A stretch of DNA of 56,163 nucleotides, filler included, from Sphacelaria rigidula (lineage: Eukaryota): NCBI GenBank assembly GCA_964200075.2. It is 7 parts of 7 records of this genome, joined end to end, with 100 filler letters (N's around TTAATTAATTAA, not from the genome) between each part and the next. Parts side by side here need not be neighbours in the genome. Positions count along the whole stretch, not along the records: positions 48,227 to 56,163 come from CAXNAA020012918.1; 6 more parts are not named here. The stretch is one strand, 5' to 3'. Numbering within the stretch: the first letter of the stretch is position 1; each line of letters starts with the position of its first letter. A program made the position numbers and the translations under genes. Below the pieces are notes generated by a model. It saw only the letters and a list, made by a program, of their open reading frames with translations. It searched no databases and was not told where the DNA came from. Below are positions 49,101 through 56,163 of the stretch, piece by piece.

Positions 49101-49576
49101 ATGCCGTGTGTACGCTCAGGGCTCAAGATCCGACCTCTGGAAGATGACTGATGACAGTATACCGTACCTACAACAGTGTGTAAGCGGTTGAAGGGGGTGA
49201 GACGTGATGGGGAGATACCAAAAAATGTTTTTCAACCCCGTAAAAAAAGGACATACTTGAATAAAAATGAGCAAAAGTGGCCTTTCAAAAGCTCGGGAAT
49301 AAACAAATAAATGCCGCCTTGAGTGTTCTCTCCTGAATACGTAGCTTTCCAAGGGCACACCTGCTCGAATCATTTCTCCGAAACGTTTGCCCACCACCCA
49401 CAGAGGACCGATTACCATCTCAGGCGCATTTTAGATTTTCATACAGGCTGGCCCAGTCACACCCTAACGCTAACCTTAACCTCAACGCCAGCCCCGACGG
49501 GGGCAGATCGTGTACAATCACTTATTTTTTCATAAAACAGAGTGTTCGCGGGCCTGTGTAGAGCATGACACAGTTC

Positions 49577-49580
49577 GTGT

Positions 49581-49626
<46 letters not shown>
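49577..49626. repeat. (GT)n microsatellite
   Basis: Direct reading. Confidence 0.95.
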
Positions 49627-49643
49627 CCGCGTGCGCGCGCGCT

Positions 49644-49762
49644 TTACTGTACCTTTTTCACGTGTACGGGTTTCATGTGTACGGGGCAGTTGACGCAGTT
49701 GCAGCTATCCCCACAAGTGCATCCGGCGCCCCACGCCATGGCACAGCCGCGGTCCACGAGCC
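49644..49762 (-). CDS. Terminal exon of the zinc-finger/HMA protein: Cys-rich tail GLVDRGCAMAWGAGCTCGDSCNCVNCPVHMKPVHVKKVQ*
   Basis: TTGCAG acceptor, phase 1 matching upstream exons, TAA at 49644-49646; absent from the ORF track because it is short. Confidence 0.8.
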
Positions 49763-50710
49763 CTGCAACAGATCGTGAAGCACCAATTTTAAATTAAAGA
49801 CAGAACATTAAAACACATTGGTTGATGGATGGATAGATAGATTAGATAGATAGTTAGATAGATAGTCTGTCTCATATAAGCTGATCGCTGAGAGTTCAAG
49901 CAACAACATGAACGTAAAAATATACGAAGGGGTAACGGGGGCGGGGGGGCGGGGGGGCATACTTATTTGTTGCTTGCCTTAGCCGTTTGACCATTGACCA
50001 CGCATCCCTTTCGTGACGGAGCATCGTTCCTACTCCTAATAGACACCTCCAACATTCCGGCGCTCATTACATTCCTTCCATACATTACACAAGAACCTTA
50101 CATAGCTTATCCCCGTCCTGTTTCGCCGTCTGTGGCCACCATTTATCTCCTAGTATAGCCATCGCTTTCTACCTACTGTCTTTTGCATCGAACGATTTCA
50201 TGCCACTTTTGTTCAAAAACAGCAGGATAACTCGACGGCAAGAAGGTGTGTTACTATGTGCATGCTTCTCTTGGTGTGAGAAAAACACTACTCTGTAATC
50301 ACCACCGCGCCCCGGCGTCCATGCGGGTACACCGTTAGCCAGTTCGCGTGGAAGGGTGCGGGTTCGAGTCAGTCGCGACATATTATCGTCACGATCCATT
50401 GTTGCTGTTGCTATTGGTGTCTTCACATTAAAATCTGCTCCAACCTTTACGCCGTGCAATTTCGACTTCCGTACTGGGTATCTGATGCGGACACCTCCCG
50501 TGGTCACAGGCTAACAGCTACCCGAAATAACGTGAGAGGAAATTAACATACAAAAAAAAAACTCACCGGAATCAACACAGACACGATACAATCAAAATAA
50601 TAACACAGCACATCGGGGGGGGGGGGGGGGAGATNNNNNNNNNAAAAAAAAAAAAAAAAACAAAAAAAAAAAAAAACACAACAAAAAAAAAACAAACAAA
50701 AAAAAAAAAA

Positions 50711-50747
<37 letters not shown>

Positions 50748-50831
50748 ACAGTGGAAGGCAGGAATTAGGAAAGAACAAGAAGGATATTAAGGGATAGCGG
50801 GTACTCCTGTACCAGAGAAGTCTTCATGTAC

Positions 50832-50843
50832 CTGTTTGACCAC
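50832..50843 (-). CDS. Putative 12-nt microexon (GGQT) of the same gene
   Basis: TTTTATTTCCCCTTCGCCCCAG acceptor, CAG/GTACAT donor, phase 1-1. Confidence 0.45.
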
Positions 50844-50908
50844 CTGGGGCGAAGGGGAAATAAAAAGGATGATAATTAAAAAAAAAAAAACTGTACTCGC
50901 TGCTTCAC

Positions 50909-51059
50909 CTAGCGCACTGGCGATAGCCCAAACGGCCGTGACTCCGGGGTCCTCCATCGGCTCTTCTGCGGTGGACGTTGCCACACACCTAGACACGAAA
51001 CCAACATCCTCGAGGACAGCCGTGAGATCTTCCACGGCGACCGTGCACTCCGGTTCGAC
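50909..51059 (-). CDS. Zinc-finger/HMA protein exon completing the HMA domain (VEPECTVAVEDLTAVLEDVGFVSR...)
   Basis: TGCAG acceptor phase 0, TAG/GTGAAG donor; LxxxLEDxGF is the HMA C-terminal helix/loop. Confidence 0.82.
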
Positions 51060-51325
51060 CTGCACTACCAACACAATTCAACAGCACAATTCAGGATCGT
51101 CAGGTGTTTTGATGTGTCGATTATTCTGTGCTCGAGGTTTGTACAGCCAGTGCTTCTTCTTTCACTCACCTCGAATACACGTGAATACGGCTGCATTCGA
51201 AGTGAATCAGCTGATGCGAACAGGCAATCAGTGATTCAATGACTCACTAAGGGGCTAAGCGAGAAGTTGTACGCGGGCGCAAGGCGTGGTACAAGGTGAT
51301 TATCCATGCTACTGCTGCTAGGCCT

Positions 51326-51665
51326 GCCGCCCCGGTTGCTTAGTTGGTAACCTCGAAACCTCCTGACGGTTAGGTCGTGGGTTCAAATCTCGGAGCGATC
51401 TGGGATTTTTCCTCACAGTGGAGAGCGACGATGTCGCGGGTACACAAAACTCGACTTGACGGTCGACGAGGGAGAGGGACTGCTGAACCCCTCTCGTGCT
51501 AAAAAAAAAAACCCAAGCGCAGCAGATTGAAGGTGGAGGTCTAGAAAAAAAAAAAAAAAAAATCTGTGTTGGCCTTGCTCCTGTGTCACCCCGGCTGGTG
51601 CGCCCACATACACCGAGAGGTGTAGGTTGGCGCTCGGAAGAGATGGGATGACAACACACCCTGCT
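51326..51665 (+). mobile_element. tRNA-derived SINE, intronic
   Basis: GCCCCGGTTGCTTAGTTGG (A box), GGTTCAAATCTC (B box); homologous to 18080-18430. Confidence 0.8.
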
Positions 51666-51904
51666 ACTGAAACAGATTTCGACGTCGAAATGAAGAGAGA
51701 GAGAGAGAGAGAGGGAGAACAAGCTTTTGCAGTTTAGAGCATTTGGGCACAGGACAACAAGACGTTTCTCTGGTCCAGGCCAGCAACCGAACGGCGTTGG
51801 ATATCACATTTATCAAAACAGATGCGCATCAGATGAAGATGGACATATAAAAAAAAACACCGAGATATCCACATACACCACAACCAACAGAAAAAAAAAC
51901 GCAC

Positions 51905-54011
51905 CTGCACGTTCGCCGTCCTCGTCGGAAAGTGCACCGTCACGCTCCGCACGCCCTCAACGGTGCTAAGCGCATCCTGTACAGTCTTACCGCAGCTTTG
52001 CATGCACATCATACCCTCCACAGAAAGGCTGATATATGTGGGATTCGGCTGCTGAGGAGGTAAGGATCGCCTCCTCTTAGCCACAAAGCCGTCGGAATCG
52101 GTAGAGGAGCCCCGCCTGACCGTGTCACCATGAGCATGAGTACAACGGCGCCCACACCCACAGTTCGCGCCTCCTCCGTCATCGCCGCAGCTCCGCCCTC
52201 GCGGCGGTCCCTGCTGGTCGGCGCCGCAAGAAGTGCGGTGGGATTCTTGCCTGATATCACCCGCTGCCACGGTTCGCCCTGCGGTTGAATGAGAGCAGCC
52301 GGCCGCAGCAGCGTCGAGCCTGCTGTCGGCGTCGGCGCCGGCAGCGTCTCGGGGCGCTAGCCCCATCTTGCGGATCACCATACTTGTTTCGCTGACGATC
52401 GGGCCACCCAAGCTGGATGAAAACTCGGGCGCGTCGGAAGTGGAGGGTACCAGATTAGAGTAGGCCGCGGTATTTTTCGACGGCGGAGAAGTTGCAACGG
52501 CGGTGGCAGGGTAGCCCCAAGCGGGTTGAGAGAAACCCACAGGAAAGTTGTCGGCACCAGTAGATTCCATTGTCCCTGACGGGACGCATGGGTCACAATT
52601 CCCGCCGCTGTTGTCCGCGTAGGCTCCGCGACCCGCGCCGCGCGGCCGCGGCCATGCCTTAGAGTCCGAGACCACCTTGTCCATGTGCTCGGGGGTCGTC
52701 GTTGTCGTCGTGGAAGCGCTGGCATTGCCGCCGGGGTCAAGCAACAGAGGCATCTGCAGCGGTGACAGGCCCCTGGAGGGCGGAGGTGTCGTGGAGGGCT
52801 CGACCTTCCTACCAAACCGGTCGTGGTGCTGATCCTCCAATCTCAAGGCCATGCGACGATGCCCCTCCTGCTGTTGCCGCTGGACGCACAAGGCCGCGTT
52901 AAGGAGAACCTCTCCACGACCGTTTGTGTCGCCCCCAGGCCCCCGGGTAAACGCCTGGCGACCAACCCGCAACGACAGCACAGGAGGGAGAGCGGCAGCA
53001 TCACCACCACCACCACCACCACCACCACTAACGCCGACGCCAATGCCAGGGATCAAAGGCGAGGTCGATCGGTGATCCGGTGACAGCCGTCTCGGCGGAG
53101 CCACCGAGCTGGAAACCTCGGGGTCCAATGCGTCCAGCAGCTCCGGTGGCGGGCTGCCGCCACCGCTGGCGGTCATCCATTTCACCGTTCGTCCCCTGCC
53201 GGCCCCCGCCATCGCTTCCGCTGACGATGCCGTCGACAAGGGCCGCCTCAACCGCCAACCGCGGTAGGCGGCGTTTCGGTCGCTGTTGGACCCGACGCCG
53301 GCGATCACACTCCCCGCGCCGCGGGAAACCAATGCCTCCTGCTGCGGCAGAGATCCGCGCATCGAGGACAAACCGAAGTGGTTACTCTCAAGCGACGCGT
53401 GTGTCATACCCCTCCCTGGCGACAACGTCGGCGGCGGCGGCGGCGGGAGCGTCCCAGACGACACGGAGTGTCGCCGCCGCATTGGCGACAACGAAGTCAT
53501 CGCTGCCGAGCAAGCACAAACTCCGCTGCTGTCAATCTGTGCGTCCGGAGAACTCGCCAAGGGGTGCAATACCTCAAAACGCGTGGGAGATACTGCCGGC
53601 AGTTCCCGAGTAAAATTGTGGTGCCCGCCGGCGGTGGCGGACTGCTCGAGCGCCGCAAGCTCAGCCGGGGGCGGCAGCGAGAATGGCGTCGCGCCGTAGA
53701 GCGGGTCGGATTTCTGACGGTCGGTGTATCGGTGTCGGCGAGTTAAGGGTGAGGATTCGCCCACCGGGAATCGGGCACAGTGAACAGTAGTCGCCGTCGA
53801 CTCCGCCCGCCTCTGCAGCGTCTGGCCTCGGGGACGGGTTAGCCGCGGCCGTGATTGGCGCGACTGGGGCACGAGAGATGACTCTCCAGATGCTTCGGCG
53901 GCATGCTTGGTGCACCTGTTGTTCTTGCGCACCAGCTTTCGGCACCCCGGAACCATGCATCGCTTACCACCACCGTGCTTGATGCAGAGCACGTCCGCTC
54001 CACTCTGCGCG
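51905..54011 (-). CDS. Large exon: last WRKY19-like zinc-finger repeats, long disordered region, basic patch KRRRS, HMA domain (GMMCMQSC)
   Basis: 2107-nt open frame; LCIKHGGGKRCMVPGCRKLVRKNNRCTKH; YISLSVEGMMCMQSCGKTVQDALSTVEGVRSVTVHFPTRTANVQ; CAG acceptor, CAG/GTGCG donor. Confidence 0.9.
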
Positions 54012-54589
54012 CTGTTGTCCAGTTTGACGCAGGTTAAACATGCGCGGTAACCGTGGGACGTGGGTCATTCCACTCAGCTCTTTTTCCTTTCATTTCGGAC
54101 GACACGGGGAAAGGCGAAGAGGTGTCGCGGTCTACAGGAGGACAAGGACGGGTGCCGATTCCCCCAGTACGCACGGCATGCTTCGCCGATATACTGTCAC
54201 AATCATTTCGCGACACCACCAAGGTGCTATATAAATATATATATAAATATATACATATATTTATACATATATTCAGGGTGTACATGATGATCTCTTCGTG
54301 AACACCACCTATCGGTGTGTGGCAAATCGTGTGCAGTTCTGCCCACAAAGACGAGCTCAGACACACACCCTACCAGCGCAGATTACTCCGGGGTGTACCC
54401 GATCGACGCAAAAAGCACCCTAAAACCGTCTGACCTTTCATATCACGGAGGGACAAGTTGATGGAGGAGCAACCACACTTCCGGCTTCATCATGCTGCCC
54501 CGTACATTTACTCGTACGTTCTTGATTCGTGAGAGGATGCATACATTTGTGTTGGACTCCATGCACGTTGGATTAATCTGTTTCGTTAC

Positions 54590-54725
54590 CTCGTCATGCA
54601 CCCTGGGATTCTGCATCGCCTGCCGCCGCCGTGGGATTTGCAGAACACGCCTCCTGCCTGCGCCCCCTTCAGGCAGCCATTTGCTTGGCAGCGCTTTCCC
54701 CCTCCATGGCTCACGCACAACCCAC
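54590..54725 (-). CDS. Upstream exon with WRKY19-like zinc-finger repeats (GLCVSHGGGKRCQANGCLKGAQAGGVFCKSHGGGRRCRIPGCMT)
   Basis: TACAG acceptor, GAG/GTAACG donor, phase 2 joins the next exon as ...CMTSAQSGADVLCIKH; 5' exons not identified. Confidence 0.88.
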
Positions 54726-56163
54726 CTGTAGCAGACGGGTATGACCGGAGGCTTCAAGGGCGGGCGGCATGCATTCCCGGAGCGCTCTAATTCGCCACAG
54801 CGTAGCGAATATGACACATCTGCTGGAGCAACTACTGCCATGTACGAAGCGAACAACTACTCCCGCTGTAATCACGACTCGGTACCGAAGTCAACCCAGT
54901 TCGAGCTCATCATAGTAGGCGCCGGTTCCACATGTACTGAGATTCACACAGGCTCGTCGGTTAAGGTACAGCGTTCTATTACGATTTCGGGTTTCTCGGC
55001 CACTTCACTTGACGCTCGCCGCACCGTAGCTGGTAGAGCACCGTGCCCTTGCAGCACACATCGCACTGTCTTTTACCAGGGCATCCAGAGAGGACTCTCC
55101 ATTTTCTGAGGGTTGTTACGGCCCACCTTCATGGAGCTCGGGATTACGGCTCAGATCAAACAGTGCAATGGGCAAGCGGTTTATCCATGCCCACAGTAGA
55201 GACCGATCGATTGATTGATTGTGGCACTTTAACCGATCCGCTACGACTTTCAGCCGTGGACGTGAGTACATGACGTTGACATTTCGATTGCCTCCAACTA
55301 GCGCGGAAACAGCTGTTCAAAAAAGGTTGGGTCCAGTGTATGGCAGGTGTGAAAAAAAGGCTCCTTGAATCGACAACACCGAGCGACCTCAAGAGGTAGA
55401 TAACCCTGGACATACACTGTCATCTATCTCGTGTCGCCACCGTGATCTCTTTTAATTAATCCAAACACTATACCACCACGACGTTCTCCCAGCGCATATT
55501 TCTTGTGGAACCCATTGATGATTTTTGTTCCTGTGAAATGGCATTATTTTGACTTGAATCAAAATGATGCCGATTCACAGGAACAAAAATCGTCAATGAG
55601 TTCCAAAAAGGTTAATGTTTATCTTTGTGTCAGGGCTGGCTCTAAACCCCCCTTATTCTACGCTCACATCCTTCACATACGTCCGGCATCAATCGTTCCC
55701 GCCCCGAATCCCTGCGACAAATGTCCACCACCACCAAGACTCAAATTTCTTACGCAGTGCGCTCTTTTTAGTGTTCACTTTCGTGTGCCGCAACGAAGTC
55801 CCATTCTTCGGTATGAGAAACAGCACACAGTATCTCTGCACGACACATGTGCTGTACTTATGTAACGGGTCATCGTGAGGGGATTGAACCTCCGGCACGC
55901 GAATACACAAACGTCACCGCAAGGAATCTTGACTGAAGAGAGTGCCGTGGACGAGTCGGTAACTGTTGGAGAATCCATTAAATAAATCATCAGTCGCCTC
56001 GGGCCAACTGCTTCGCCCGAGCCGTGACTACTGTACACCCATCCACCATAGGCGACGGTCAATACCACCCTCGGGGAGTGTGTGTGTGTGTGGGGGGGGT
56101 GTACTCATGATCATGCTTGCCATAGTCATCAGACCATTGACCTCGCATCCCTACAAAGCCGGG

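Noticed and set aside
51326-51400. tRNA gene
   Set aside because: A/B boxes are present but there is no proper cloverleaf, and it continues into a 340-bp dispersed repeat, so it is a SINE head
51734-53992. 752-aa ORF taken as a complete single-exon gene, and antisense ORFs over 52702-53746
   Set aside because: Splice sites at 54011 and 51905 and flanking exons show it is one internal exon; the antisense ORFs are GC-rich shadows

Overview
This is eukaryotic, intron-rich, repeat-rich DNA, most likely from a brown alga (Phaeophyceae). That is an inference from exon/intron style, GC-AG donors, stramenopile-type CxxHGGG zinc-finger repeats and the ACAGAACTTACAGAA..CGGGTACGG repeat. The window is not one locus. 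It is seven unrelated contigs of 7938/7937 bp joined by identical 100-bp spacers (N44-TTAATTAATTAA-N44). Contig 1 holds exons of an unknown gene. Contig 2 holds a decayed Ty1/Copia element with an oppositely oriented second LTR and a 75-bp hairpin minisatellite. Contig 3 holds a five-exon gene for a ZU5-domain protein with an HFS autoproteolysis motif. Contig 4 holds a head-to-head pair: an unknown gene and a FRA10AC1-like first exon. Contig 5 holds ORC3-like exons, and contig 6 holds WDR35/IFT121 exons. Contig 7 holds a minus-strand gene combining WRKY19-like zinc-finger repeats, an HMA domain and a C-terminal CxCx3CxCx2Cx2H motif of the Cuf1/Mac1 type, a candidate copper-sensing regulator. 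Many MITE-like, SINE-like and LINE-3'-end repeats recur between contigs. One is a ~240-nt retroposed RNA with conserved, covarying secondary structure. All homology calls are by eye and need database confirmation.
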